Shown piece by piece: positions 19,616 through 28,994 of a DNA stretch of 40,682 nucleotides; the first letter of the stretch is position 1, and each line of letters starts with the position of its first letter. The position numbers and the translations under genes are program-made. This stretch comes from Microcystaceae cyanobacterium. GTDB taxonomy: Bacteria > Cyanobacteriota > Cyanobacteriia > Cyanobacteriales > Microcystaceae. The stretch lies in the NCBI GenBank assembly GCA_041746575.1, contig JBGTGT010000107.1:1-40682 (forward strand), in the 5' to 3' direction. The notes beneath the pieces were generated by a model. The model was given only the letters and a program-made list of their open reading frames with translations. It did not search any database and had not been told where the DNA came from.

Positions 19616-19660
19616 TTATGGGATCAAATCTCCTAATGACAGGATAACTTGATCCCATAA
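19616..19660 (-). other. Stem-loop immediately after the large sulfatase stop codon
   Basis: TTATGGGATCAA (19616-19627) pairs with TTGATCCCATAA (19649-19660), with an inner TCCT/AGGA pair. Confidence 0.7.
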
Positions 19661-19665
19661 AAGGG

Positions 19666-22224
19666 TTACTCGCTTACCCGGTTGTTGCGTTGAGCGGCTT
19701 CGAGCTTTTTAATGTCTTCTGGGCTTAGTTGGGGACGATTAATCGTCAGGGTTAATTTGTCGAGTGTGCCGTTAAATTGAAACGGGATTTGATAATCTTG
19801 GTCATCTACAGGGGTTCCCGTGTCCGCACCGACATCAAAATTTTCATCCCATTGAAGGATTAGGGGAATTGAGCGTTCCATCGTCTGAGTGGCGACGGTT
19901 TGACCATCGACTTTAAGGGTTCCTGTGCCGCTTCGACCAATCCCACTCATGCTATTGAAAGCGAGTGTTCCCATCCCTAACCCATCGTATTTAAAGTCAA
20001 ATTCTAGGGTGTGTTTGCCAGGGGATAACGTTTCCGTCCCTTCCCAACGAGGTCGTTTCAAATCGACGAGATTCCAAAGGAATACAGGCTTACCTTTGAG
20101 TAAATAGAAGCCATAACCCCCAAATCGTCCTCCTTGGGTGACAATCATGCCATCACCTCCGCCCGCCGGAACATCGACCTCTGCTTTAAAGTTGTAGGAA
20201 GCGTTAAGAATCGAAGGGGCATCCCCATTGGGTGTACCTGTAATCTCACCCGAATAGGTAAAGACATTACGACCGGCACTGAGGCTAGGCCGTGGGGCAA
20301 CGAGACGGGTGGCAACTGTATTATCTAAGGGAAGGACTTGATATTTTTCTGCTTCTTGCCAGAACATCGCCTGTAATTCCTTCAATTTTTCAGGATTTTT
20401 AGCGGCGACATCCTCAAATTGCGTCCAGTCTTTGGTCAAATCGTAGAGTTCCCAAGGATAATCAGAGGGTTGCTCCTCGACTAACTTAACAATCTCCCAC
20501 GGTGGACGCATGACTTTGGTACTGGCCATCCAGCCTTCATGATAGAGCGCATGATCCCCCATCATCTCGAAATATTGCGTTTTATGGCGTGAAGGTGCAT
20601 TGGCATTTTTGGGATCGAAAGTGTAGGCTAAACTGACCCCTTCAATCGGTTTTTGAGGAATGCCATCTACGATTTCTGGTGCGGGGATACCTGTTACTTC
20701 AAGAATCGTCGGCACGATGTCAATGACATGGTGGAACTGATTGCGAATGCCACCTTTATCTTTGATCATCTCTGGCCACGAAATCGCCATTCCCTGCCGC
20801 ACACCACCAAAATGGGAAGCCACCTGTTTTGTCCAAGAGAAGGGAGTATCAAACGCCCAAGACCAAGCAACGGACATATGAGGGTAGGTTTGATCTGATC
20901 CCCAGACATCATAGAAGTCCTTGAGTTGGTCTTCGACAGGGACATTGACACCGTTAAAGGAAGCGACCTCATTCGGTGTTCCAATTAGCGTTCCTTCGGC
21001 ACTCGTTCCATTGTCTCCGTTGATGTAGATGATGAGCGTATTATCCAACTTACCCATATCTTCAACTGTCTGAATCACCCGTCCGATTTCGTGGTCGGTA
21101 TAAGCGACATAAGCCGCAAAAACTTCCGCTTGACGGATAAACATTTTCTTGTCGTCTGCAGATAAAGTATCCCATCGTTTGAGCAGATCATCCGGCCAGG
21201 GGGTTAACTGAGCATTTTGGGGAATGACACCGAGTTTTTTCTGATTTTCAACAATTTGTTGACGTAATTCGTTCCAACCTTTGTCAAACAGGTGCATATT
21301 GTGGATTTTCTCAATCCATTCGGGGGTAGGATGATGCGGTGCGTGAGTACCGCCGGGGACGTAATAGACAAAGAACGGTTGATCGGGGGCGACGGCGTTC
21401 ACCCGATTCATGTATTGAATAGCATCGTCCGCCTGGGCAGTCGTCAGATTCCACTTGGGACTGCCTACATAGGGATAAATCGGTGTGGTATTGCGAAAGA
21501 GATTCGGTTGCCATTGGCTGGTGTCTCCCCCCACAAAACCATAAAAATAGTCAAATCCCATTCCTACTGGCCACTGATCGAAGGGGCCGGCTTGACTGGA
21601 TTGAAACTCTGGGGTATTGTGATCTTTGCCAAACCAAGAAGTCCAATAGCCGTTATCTTTAAGAATTTTGCCAACCGTCACCTTACCACGGGTCATGATA
21701 CTGTCGTAGCCCGGAAAACCCGTCGATTGCTCCGAAATAACGCCAAATCCCATTGAATGGTGATTGCGTCCCGTAATTAAAGCCGCGCGTGTCGGTGAAC
21801 AGAGGGCAGTGGAATTAAAGTTGGTATAACGCAGACCATTTTTGGCAATGCGATCTAAAGAAGGGGTAGGAATAACACCCCCAAAAGTGCTAGGCACGCC
21901 GAAACCGGAATCATCGGTCATAATCAGCAACACATTGGGAGCATTTTCAGGGGGAACAACGCGGGGTTGCCAGTAGGGTTTGGAGTCCGAAACGTTACGA
22001 TTAATCACTCCCTCAAATTTTCGGGGGAGGGGGGGAAGTTGTTCTCCGTTAAGGGTCATGGTCGCACTGGGATAACCCGGTATTCCGTGAATTTTTTGGG
22101 CGATCGCCTGAATCCCCCAAAAACCGGAGGTAACGACCATCACCAGAGCCAGAATTCCGGCAACTATCGATTGAAATTGGTCAGGTATGAGGCGATTAAG
22201 AAGGAATTTTAGGGATCTGAACAT
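19666..22224 (-). CDS. Large exported arylsulfatase (Cys-type, CxPxR) with C-terminal beta domain
   Basis: APNVLLIMTDD, LCSPTRAALITGRNHH, GKDH, HAPHH and GDNG motifs; signal peptide ending AIA-Q; GGAG RBS before ATG 22224. Confidence 0.95.
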   Translation of the reverse strand: MFRSLKFLLNRLIPDQFQSIVAGILALVMVVTSGFWGIQAIAQKIHGIPGYPSATMTLNGEQLPPLPRKFEGVINRNVSDSKPYWQPRVVPPENAPNVLLIMTDDSGFGVPSTFGGVIPTPSLDRIAKNGLRYTNFNSTALCSPTRAALITGRNHHSMGFGVISEQSTGFPGYDSIMTRGKVTVGKILKDNGYWTSWFGKDHNTPEFQSSQAGPFDQWPVGMGFDYFYGFVGGDTSQWQPNLFRNTTPIYPYVGSPKWNLTTAQADDAIQYMNRVNAVAPDQPFFVYYVPGGTHAPHHPTPEWIEKIHNMHLFDKGWNELRQQIVENQKKLGVIPQNAQLTPWPDDLLKRWDTLSADDKKMFIRQAEVFAAYVAYTDHEIGRVIQTVEDMGKLDNTLIIYINGDNGTSAEGTLIGTPNEVASFNGVNVPVEDQLKDFYDVWGSDQTYPHMSVAWSWAFDTPFSWTKQVASHFGGVRQGMAISWPEMIKDKGGIRNQFHHVIDIVPTILEVTGIPAPEIVDGIPQKPIEGVSLAYTFDPKNANAPSRHKTQYFEMMGDHALYHEGWMASTKVMRPPWEIVKLVEEQPSDYPWELYDLTKDWTQFEDVAAKNPEKLKELQAMFWQEAEKYQVLPLDNTVATRLVAPRPSLSAGRNVFTYSGEITGTPNGDAPSILNASYNFKAEVDVPAGGGDGMIVTQGGRFGGYGFYLLKGKPVFLWNLVDLKRPRWEGTETLSPGKHTLEFDFKYDGLGMGTLAFNSMSGIGRSGTGTLKVDGQTVATQTMERSIPLILQWDENFDVGADTGTPVDDQDYQIPFQFNGTLDKLTLTINRPQLSPEDIKKLEAAQRNNRVSE

Positions 22225-22321
22225 GATTACTCCATAGAACAATTAGTTAGAGAGTGATTAAACATTGTCTTTTCTGGGCTTTTTTACTCTACTTTCTCAA
22301 GCGAAGATGATCTCTTAAAAA

Positions 22322-23950
22322 CTAGCGAACCCGTTCAATTTCGCTCGGTCGCCAAGATTTATCGAAAAACGGCTCAAGAGGACTGTACAGGCGCAGAATC
22401 ACAAAATAACCCTTATTGGGCATGGTTTGAACCCAGTTACCCCGTTTGACTCCAGTGGGTTGCTGAGGACTAAAATACACCGTTGTCGAACCATCGGGAT
22501 TCGGTTCGGCGGCAGGAGAAGGGTAGCTCTGACTCCCTGCGCGAGGATAACGTTGCGGTGTGTCGAGCATCGAGCGCGTTTGGTTATCATAAAGGGTGAA
22601 AGACCAGAATTTTCCGGCGGGTATGCCCTTGGGCAGTGTCACCTTATAGGTTTTTCCCCCGTCAAAATACTGTTTGTTCGCATCCAAAGTCGCAATAAGG
22701 TATTGAGAACCCACGTCTGTCAGCCGCATACTCATGGCAGGCGTGATGCCTGTGTAACCGTAGAAGAACCATGTTCGTATATCTAGCGTACGATAGCCCG
22801 TGGGGGGGAAGGGCTTTGCGCCTTCAGGGGTAATTTGGGGAATCGGTGTCTCAAACTGATAACCGCTAATAAACAAGGGATTCATCCAAGTTGAATTGGA
22901 GTAGTATGACCAACTGGGATCGCGAGGATTCATCAAGAGGCTACGAGAGGTGGCATTAGCAACGGCAAGGGCTTCTGTTAGAATTTGCTTCATCCGTGCA
23001 TCCGGGGCGAAGGGTTTGCCCTTAATAATACCGATCGCCGCCAAGGGACCCATTAATTCGGGATCGAGAGCAGTCGCTGGCTCTTGTTGGACAACCTCAT
23101 TGAGCATCTCGTAGTAGCTGAAGTCGTTGGGGGGAATGGTGTTCATCACCTTGCCACTGCCTTCATGGAAAACCGTCGCCGGAGGGGGTGTTACCCTGCC
23201 CAGTCGAGTCTTACCAGTCAAAAACTCAGCGATACTGGTTCCCACACCACCGACTTCGTAGGGATAAATCTTAGTCCTCTCTTTAATCAACGCAACGGCT
23301 GGCTTGGGATCATTGTTCTCCAAAAACATCCGTCCCAGAATTAAAACCCGATTGGTTCGAGCGCGAGCCACGTAAAAGCCCCCTTCAGGCACTGAACCCT
23401 CATAATCAGGGGGTAGGATTAGGTATTTACCCCCTTCGCCTCGATCTGGACCGGGGAAGCCGAAATCAATCACCCAACGCCACCACATATCATCGAAAGT
23501 GCCAAGGGCTTTAGGGGGAGTCTCTATTACCATTGGCCCTTTGGTGAGGTCGATCGTCCCGACAAAATAGACAGTATCCGCATTAGCCGTCAGAAATAAA
23601 GACTTAGAATCCATGAGATCGGAGAAAATAAGAATTTCATTATCTTTCACGCCGATATCCAGAAAGCCTTTGCGAATGGCGGCCGCATTCACGCCTTGGA
23701 ATGTGTCCACAAATGCCCGATAGGCATGGGAAAAATCTAGATTATCGTAAACTTTTTCTAAAGTGGCAGAGCTGGGTGCGCCATATTTAAATTCCAGCGT
23801 ACCGAGACGGCTTTCAACTTGATTGGGGGTGGTAATCGAAGGCGGAATGGGAGGGGATGACTGCGTTAAAGACACAGATGTTTGTGCCAGTACGATGGAG
23901 GTTGCAAGGATGGGAATAGGATTAAGGTTCTTTACTGGGATTTTCTTCAT
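22322..23950 (-). CDS. Exported DUF1254/DUF1214 domain protein
   Basis: SITTPNQVESRLGTL, LTANADTVY, GPDRGEGGKYL, FWSFTLYDNQTRS and LRLYSPLEPFFDKSW motifs. Confidence 0.93.
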   Translation of the reverse strand: MKKIPVKNLNPIPILATSIVLAQTSVSLTQSSPPIPPSITTPNQVESRLGTLEFKYGAPSSATLEKVYDNLDFSHAYRAFVDTFQGVNAAAIRKGFLDIGVKDNEILIFSDLMDSKSLFLTANADTVYFVGTIDLTKGPMVIETPPKALGTFDDMWWRWVIDFGFPGPDRGEGGKYLILPPDYEGSVPEGGFYVARARTNRVLILGRMFLENNDPKPAVALIKERTKIYPYEVGGVGTSIAEFLTGKTRLGRVTPPPATVFHEGSGKVMNTIPPNDFSYYEMLNEVVQQEPATALDPELMGPLAAIGIIKGKPFAPDARMKQILTEALAVANATSRSLLMNPRDPSWSYYSNSTWMNPLFISGYQFETPIPQITPEGAKPFPPTGYRTLDIRTWFFYGYTGITPAMSMRLTDVGSQYLIATLDANKQYFDGGKTYKVTLPKGIPAGKFWSFTLYDNQTRSMLDTPQRYPRAGSQSYPSPAAEPNPDGSTTVYFSPQQPTGVKRGNWVQTMPNKGYFVILRLYSPLEPFFDKSWRPSEIERVR

Positions 23951-23997
23951 GTTTTTTGGAAATTTTGGCTAAAAATTTGATATTTTTATGACCTATA

Positions 23998-24528
23998 TTA
24001 CTTGAAGACCTCGATGCTGTGGGGTTTCCATGTTCCTTCACCCACTGGCAGAATCGAAGGAGGTGTCTCCTTTGTCCAATACATCGCTAAATAGATAGAA
24101 CCATTAGGCAGGTAGCCAGTTAGATTCTTTGTCTGCACTAGGTGCCTCGTGTTGGATGTAGATCGTCAGCGATCCATCAGGGTTTTTCTTCAGATTGGGT
24201 AGCATTGGCGAATTAATCAGGTAACAATTGATCGGATTTTTGATCAACAATTGCGTCTTGCCATCGTACATCGTCACCGACCAAAAGGCATTTACAGGAG
24301 GGTACTGTCCAGCAGGAAAGGTCAGCGTGTATTTATGCTTACCGCCGTCAAGGATCTCACCGTTCGCAAGTGTCTTTGTAACAGGATAGGTTGCTTCCTC
24401 CACCTCATTGCCGTAGATTTCAGCTTGTGCGCCGATAGGGTTTGGGGAAGTCCCAGTAAACTAAGGCTTATTAAAGCTGTCAAGGAACGTTTTCCAAAAT
24501 AAATGGGCATATAACTCATATTCAACAT
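23998..24528 (-). pseudogene. Internally deleted, frameshifted DUF1254/DUF1214 remnant (leader plus DUF1214 half)
   Basis: Leader ...KRSLTALISLSLLGLPQTLS; frameshift to AQAEIYGNEVEEATYP...PPVNAFWSVTMYD...NWLPA; second frameshift near 24108 to PNGSIYLAMYWTKETPPSILPVGEGTWKPHSIEVFK*. Confidence 0.85.
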
Positions 24529-24541
24529 ATTTTTTGACAAT

Positions 24542-24922
24542 TTAACGATTTTCCTCGATCAAAATCCGAACCTGTGTCGTTAAGTCTTGGACGTAATCGG
24601 GATCGCTGGCGACTCCATATTTATCGCTGAGCAAACAGCCCTGAATGGCGGCTTGAACAATTTTTGCCGACGTAATCTTGCCAAATCGGTATTGCTCTTC
24701 AAAAACCTGATAGCCCGGAATTCCCTGTTTTTCAAAGTATCCTTGATAAGCCATCATCGCTAAATTGGCAGGCGCAAGATAAGGAGGAACTTCCCCCACA
24801 CAAGTAGCAGGCGATGGAACAGAGGAAGATTGGGCTTTAGCTAATATTGGCGCGAGGATAAAGATAAATACCATAAAAGAAATTGAAATTGGCGAAAAAA
24901 GCGATTTAAGGTATTTCAACAT
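24542..24922 (-). CDS. Exported cyanobacterial hypothetical protein
   Basis: Signal peptide ending AKA-Q; P.NLA.MAYQGYF..QGIPGY motif. Confidence 0.78.
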   Translation of the reverse strand: MLKYLKSLFSPISISFMVFIFILAPILAKAQSSSVPSPATCVGEVPPYLAPANLAMMAYQGYFEKQGIPGYQVFEEQYRFGKITSAKIVQAAIQGCLLSDKYGVASDPDYVQDLTTQVRILIEENR

Positions 24923-24931
24923 AAGATGCCT

Positions 24932-25447
24932 TTACGACGAAATTTTACGTTTAAGTTTTAATTGAGGGGAATCAAAGAAAAATCGAGCAAGCGTTCCCTT
25001 GCCGAGATAATTATCGATTTCCTTAAAAATATTGTGAAGCAAGAAGACGACTGAGACACAAAGCGTAACCGCAAGAAAATGAGAGAAGTGTTCTGAATTT
25101 AAAAAACTGGCGATCGCTGGAACAATCGCCTTGGTTGTCCGATAAGCATGAAAGAGATGTTCGATGAAGCCAAGGGTTAAAACGGCAAGGGTATAGACAA
25201 AGGTTTTGTACAAAATGCCGATATAACGGGGAGATTGCTCAAAACGATTCATCCACGGTGTCATATCCATAATCATTACCGCTTTTGCCGCGACTATTGC
25301 CCCAATAATCGCTTTTGAGAGAACATAGCTATCAATCGAATACTCTTTTAAAAAAAGCTTCATAATTAACAGAATGTAACCAAATCCAATAAGGAAAAAT
25401 AGGGCTAAAGACGCTAGCTTTTTGATTTCGCGTTGCAGTGCTGTCAT
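24932..25447 (-). CDS. Hypothetical 4-TM membrane protein
   Basis: Four hydrophobic segments; GAIVAAKAV and YKT..YT motifs; tight spacing with neighbours. Confidence 0.8.
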   Translation of the reverse strand: MTALQREIKKLASLALFFLIGFGYILLIMKLFLKEYSIDSYVLSKAIIGAIVAAKAVMIMDMTPWMNRFEQSPRYIGILYKTFVYTLAVLTLGFIEHLFHAYRTTKAIVPAIASFLNSEHFSHFLAVTLCVSVVFLLHNIFKEIDNYLGKGTLARFFFDSPQLKLKRKISS

Positions 25448-25452
25448 TTACA

Positions 25453-25935
25453 TTAATTAACGGTGTAACCCCGTCCCTCCATACAGGCTGTCCAAGCTTG
25501 ATAATATTGTTGCAATTGTTGATGCTCTTGAGCATTGGCTTGAGTCGCCGCTTGGTCGGCGGTTCGTTCTTCTTCCCTGCGTCGCATTAGTCCTGACAAC
25601 GCCCCTACACCTGCCCCAATAGCCGCACCCTCTCCGACATTGCCCCCAATCGCACCTCCAACGACGCCTAAGAGAGAGCCTCGTGCCGCCCCTCGTACTA
25701 ACCCTCCTTGGTGAGAAGACTGGGCAACGGTTGGGGTGGAAATCTGAGCAGGATCAACGCCTGTTTGCTGTTTTGCCCAAGAATAACAAGCATAATGGTC
25801 TTGTTGTTGCTGTTCTGAACTTTGCCCCTTGCTAGGATAGGCAAAAGGTTCAGCTGACTGCGCTAACGCAAAATCGGGGTAAAAAATGGCGCATCCTAGA
25901 AGGCTTAGACTGATAGCTTTGATCATACGTTTCAT
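25453..25935 (-). CDS. Exported glycine-zipper protein
   Basis: YPSKGQSSEQQQQDHYACYSWA, GAARGSLLGVVGGAIGG.GEGAAIGAGVG and ACMEGRGYTV. Start is ATG 25935 or GTG 25950. Confidence 0.88.
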   Translation of the reverse strand: MKRMIKAISLSLLGCAIFYPDFALAQSAEPFAYPSKGQSSEQQQQDHYACYSWAKQQTGVDPAQISTPTVAQSSHQGGLVRGAARGSLLGVVGGAIGGNVGEGAAIGAGVGALSGLMRRREEERTADQAATQANAQEHQQLQQYYQAWTACMEGRGYTVN

Positions 25936-26107
25936 AAAACACGCTCTCACCGTAACAATATCTAGCGGGACAAAAGAAATTGACTAGAAGTTCCCCTTAC
26001 GTTTGCGGAGGAACTAAACCACACTCGAATAACTTGGGAGCTTTGTAAAGATTTCTTAACATGACTTAAGAATTTTGACCGATAAAATTGTCATTGAACG
26101 GTCTTCT

Positions 26108-26152
26108 AGCCTAAATACTATTGATGGTATTTTCTTGCCATTTTGTGCCAAT
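26108..26152 (-). promoter_or_regulatory. Putative AraC-activated promoter for run A: 20-bp box plus -10 TAGGCT
   Basis: TCTTGCCATTTTGTGCCAAT at 26133-26152, identical to 33386-33405; 19-nt spacer; TAGGCT on the minus strand at 26113-26108. Confidence 0.75.
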
Positions 26153-26233
26153 CTACACTGGAAGAATCATTCTTAATGTTCCTAAAAGATTTAGTTTTCT
26201 TTGAGACAATTAACGATTAAATTATTAACAATT

Positions 26234-27241
26234 ATGACTCCCCCTATTCCCCTCTTACGAGTGAGTACCTTTCTCCCTTTCGTTAATTTTTTAGAAGAGT
26301 TGGGAACGCCGACTGAAACCCTATTACAACAATGTAAATTACCCGTTTTTGCCCTAGATGATCCTAATACCTTAATTCCACGCCATCAAGTTTTTGCATT
26401 TCTCGAAAAGGCGGCCTATCGAGAAGGAATTCTTAATTTGGGGTATTTAGTCGGAGAAAAAACACCTTTAATGACTCTTGGGGCTTTTGGTCGCTTAGTT
26501 TGTCAATCTATCACGTTATATGATGCGATTTCTACGGTTATTCATCTGGGAAGATGCTTTAATTCGGGTGAATATTACTGGCTGGTTGAAAAGGGAGAAA
26601 AGGCTTATTTCTGTCAAGAATATGTGAATTTAGGGGGAATTGAGCCTGATTTTGCCAGTCATTTTTCTCTGATGCTAATGGTAGATTTAGTTCAGAAAGT
26701 AGCGGGAAAAAGATGGTATCCGAGGGAAATTGCCTTGCAAACTCGTAAAATAGCCATATTTTCCCATCATTACCTCAGTCAGGCGACCATCAATTCAGAA
26801 ATGCACCGAACAGCGATCGCTTTTCCCCGTTCTTTTTTAAGCTTACCTATGCCCTCTCAGTCAAATTTTTATCAACACCAAAAACAGCAAGATTATGAGA
26901 TATTACAAGCTTCTGCACCCTCCTTGCATTTTTCCTATTCTCTCAAACAAGCGATCGCTCCTCAACTGCGAGAAGGCTACCCTTCCATTCAGTTGGCGGC
27001 AGAAATGGCTCAAATGAGTGTACGTACCCTACAAAGAAGGCTCTCAGACGAAGGATTAACCTATTCTCAATTAATCAATTGTATTCGCCATGAAATATCG
27101 ATATATTTATTACAAGATCTGAGTCTTAAAATCATTGATATTGCTGCTGAACTGGGTTACGAAGATCCCGCCCATTTTACCCGTGCATTTAAGCAATGGA
27201 CAGGAATACCTCCCCGCAGTTTTCGAGAACAAAATCGTTAA
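26234..27241 (+). CDS. AraC family transcriptional regulator (~335 aa, N-terminal ligand-binding domain)
   Basis: C-terminal MSVRTLQRRL...IIDIAAELGYEDPAHFTRAFKQWTGIPPRSFR. ATG 26234 preferred over TTG 26201. Confidence 0.95.
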   Translation: MTPPIPLLRVSTFLPFVNFLEELGTPTETLLQQCKLPVFALDDPNTLIPRHQVFAFLEKAAYREGILNLGYLVGEKTPLMTLGAFGRLVCQSITLYDAISTVIHLGRCFNSGEYYWLVEKGEKAYFCQEYVNLGGIEPDFASHFSLMLMVDLVQKVAGKRWYPREIALQTRKIAIFSHHYLSQATINSEMHRTAIAFPRSFLSLPMPSQSNFYQHQKQQDYEILQASAPSLHFSYSLKQAIAPQLREGYPSIQLAAEMAQMSVRTLQRRLSDEGLTYSQLINCIRHEISIYLLQDLSLKIIDIAAELGYEDPAHFTRAFKQWTGIPPRSFREQNR

Positions 27242-28918
27242 TTATTGGCGACCAAATTCGCCATATTCCTTTTTAAATTCTTCGATCGCTTTTTTGACTT
27301 TATCAGAGGATGCTCCACTAATAAAATCGAGTTTAAAGCTCTCGTTTTGACTGAGATATTCAGCATAAGAAGATCGCAGATAAGGAAAATAATTCTCATT
27401 ATTCTGGATATGAACCTCAAAAAAGGCAACCGATATTGCGTCAACATAACTCGCAATTAAAGTCTGACTGGGTAAAGCTAAATGGACGGTCGCATCAAGC
27501 GTTTCTTTAATACCGCCATCAAGCTTAGTAAAATTAACATGAGCTTGCCCTTCTACTAATACCCAGTATTTGGCAGGCGTATTTAACCAAGTAAAAGAAG
27601 CAGTTTGTTCTAAAGCAGGAGGCGCGACGGGATCGTCGCTTCCGGAAGCCAAAAGAGTCGGAATTTTAATATCACTTAATCCTTTCTGTCCGAAAATAAA
27701 ACGATTCACCGGATTAGCGGCAAAAACTGCTTTTACGCGTTCATCACGCAATTGATAGATTTGTCGGGGCAATTCTAAGGCGCGACATTCTAATAATAAA
27801 GAGACATCTAATCCTCCATAAAGGCGATCGCAAACTTCTTGCAATTCATCAAAATCAAGGGTTGCCCCGGCAATGGCTAAAGTAGTATAACCGCCAAAAG
27901 AATGTCCCCCCATTCCTACATTTTCGAGATCAAGCTTTCCCTGAAATTCTGATTGATTGCGTCGCTCTAATTCGTCAATCACAAAGCTAATATCTTGGGG
28001 ACGATTAATAAATTCATTTACATCAAAGATATCTTTATGATAGCCTTCAAACATTTCTTCTAAGTAAATGATATCACTGCCAATATGTTGCGGTGCAACC
28101 ACTAAGTAGCCATAAGAAGCAAGGTGATTTAAACTATCTGAATAGTCTTCAGGACGAGAGGATAAGCCATGAGAAAAAACTAAAACGGGAATGTGTTCAC
28201 TGGACATTTTTTGAGGAAGATAAACATCCATATAAAAGCGACGATTGCGACTTTTATCGGTTAATTGCCAAACTTGTTTTTTGACTTCATATTGACCCGA
28301 TTGGCGAATATTAGGTAAGTTAGCATAGTTAACGGCAGGGTTCGTTTGCGCTTCTTCTGCTGTCCAAATTCGCATTTTTTCGACAACGGTTTTGGTTGCT
28401 AAGGCGACCTTTTCTGTTTCTTTTACTAGCCCCTCTGCTAATTCCCCTTGAATTTGAATATTAGTGGGAAACTTTTTGAGAACATTTAGTAGGGTTAATC
28501 CTTCAGGATCAAAAGCCGATTGAATGATCGCACCTCGCATGGCAATTCCTCCGTTACTTCCCCCTTGAATGGTCACGCCTTTCCCTAAACGCACTAGAAT
28601 TGCTTCTCCCATCGTACTATTAAAAAAGCGAGAAACTAAGACAGGACTAATTTCAAATTTTTGGGTTAAGGCTTTCCTAAACTCAGCTCGTTTTTCGGGA
28701 CTGACACGATCTAAATAAAAGCCCAAATCTTTATTAATAGTTCCTTCTTTGGCGAAACTTTCTAAGGATTCAACTTTAACAGAAAATATTAAAGAGTCAT
28801 AAGTCAAAAAGAGCTTTTCTGCCGCTTTAACAGGAATTGAGGTTAAGAACATTGAGACAATTCCTAAGAAAAATAAGGCAATTTTAGCATCAGTTTTTTT
28901 GAATTTCATTGGAAACAT
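27242..28918 (-). CDS. DUF1400 alpha/beta hydrolase
   Basis: AAEKL...VKVESLESFAKEG; SHGL; nucleophile GHSFGG; signal peptide. Confidence 0.9.
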   Translation of the reverse strand: MFPMKFKKTDAKIALFFLGIVSMFLTSIPVKAAEKLFLTYDSLIFSVKVESLESFAKEGTINKDLGFYLDRVSPEKRAEFRKALTQKFEISPVLVSRFFNSTMGEAILVRLGKGVTIQGGSNGGIAMRGAIIQSAFDPEGLTLLNVLKKFPTNIQIQGELAEGLVKETEKVALATKTVVEKMRIWTAEEAQTNPAVNYANLPNIRQSGQYEVKKQVWQLTDKSRNRRFYMDVYLPQKMSSEHIPVLVFSHGLSSRPEDYSDSLNHLASYGYLVVAPQHIGSDIIYLEEMFEGYHKDIFDVNEFINRPQDISFVIDELERRNQSEFQGKLDLENVGMGGHSFGGYTTLAIAGATLDFDELQEVCDRLYGGLDVSLLLECRALELPRQIYQLRDERVKAVFAANPVNRFIFGQKGLSDIKIPTLLASGSDDPVAPPALEQTASFTWLNTPAKYWVLVEGQAHVNFTKLDGGIKETLDATVHLALPSQTLIASYVDAISVAFFEVHIQNNENYFPYLRSSYAEYLSQNESFKLDFISGASSDKVKKAIEEFKKEYGEFGRQ

Positions 28919-28994
28919 TGAATTAATTTTCCTTTGATAAAGTAATTAAATTTTGGAGATTAGTTAAATTAAAAAATTAAACCATTAATTGCTC

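Noticed and set aside
12055..23344. Many short plus-strand ORFs opposite the HAD, sulfatase and DUF1254 genes (e.g. 12935..13258, 21292..21756, 22427..22786)
   Set aside because: They are antisense to confident genes and show no recognisable motifs.
24104..24540. ORFs 24104..24403 and 24322..24540 as independent genes
   Set aside because: They are frameshifted pieces of one pseudogene.
26042..26061. TTTGTAAAGATTTCTTAACA as an HLR1/OmpR-type direct repeat
   Set aside because: Degenerate match in AT-rich DNA; cannot be told apart from chance.
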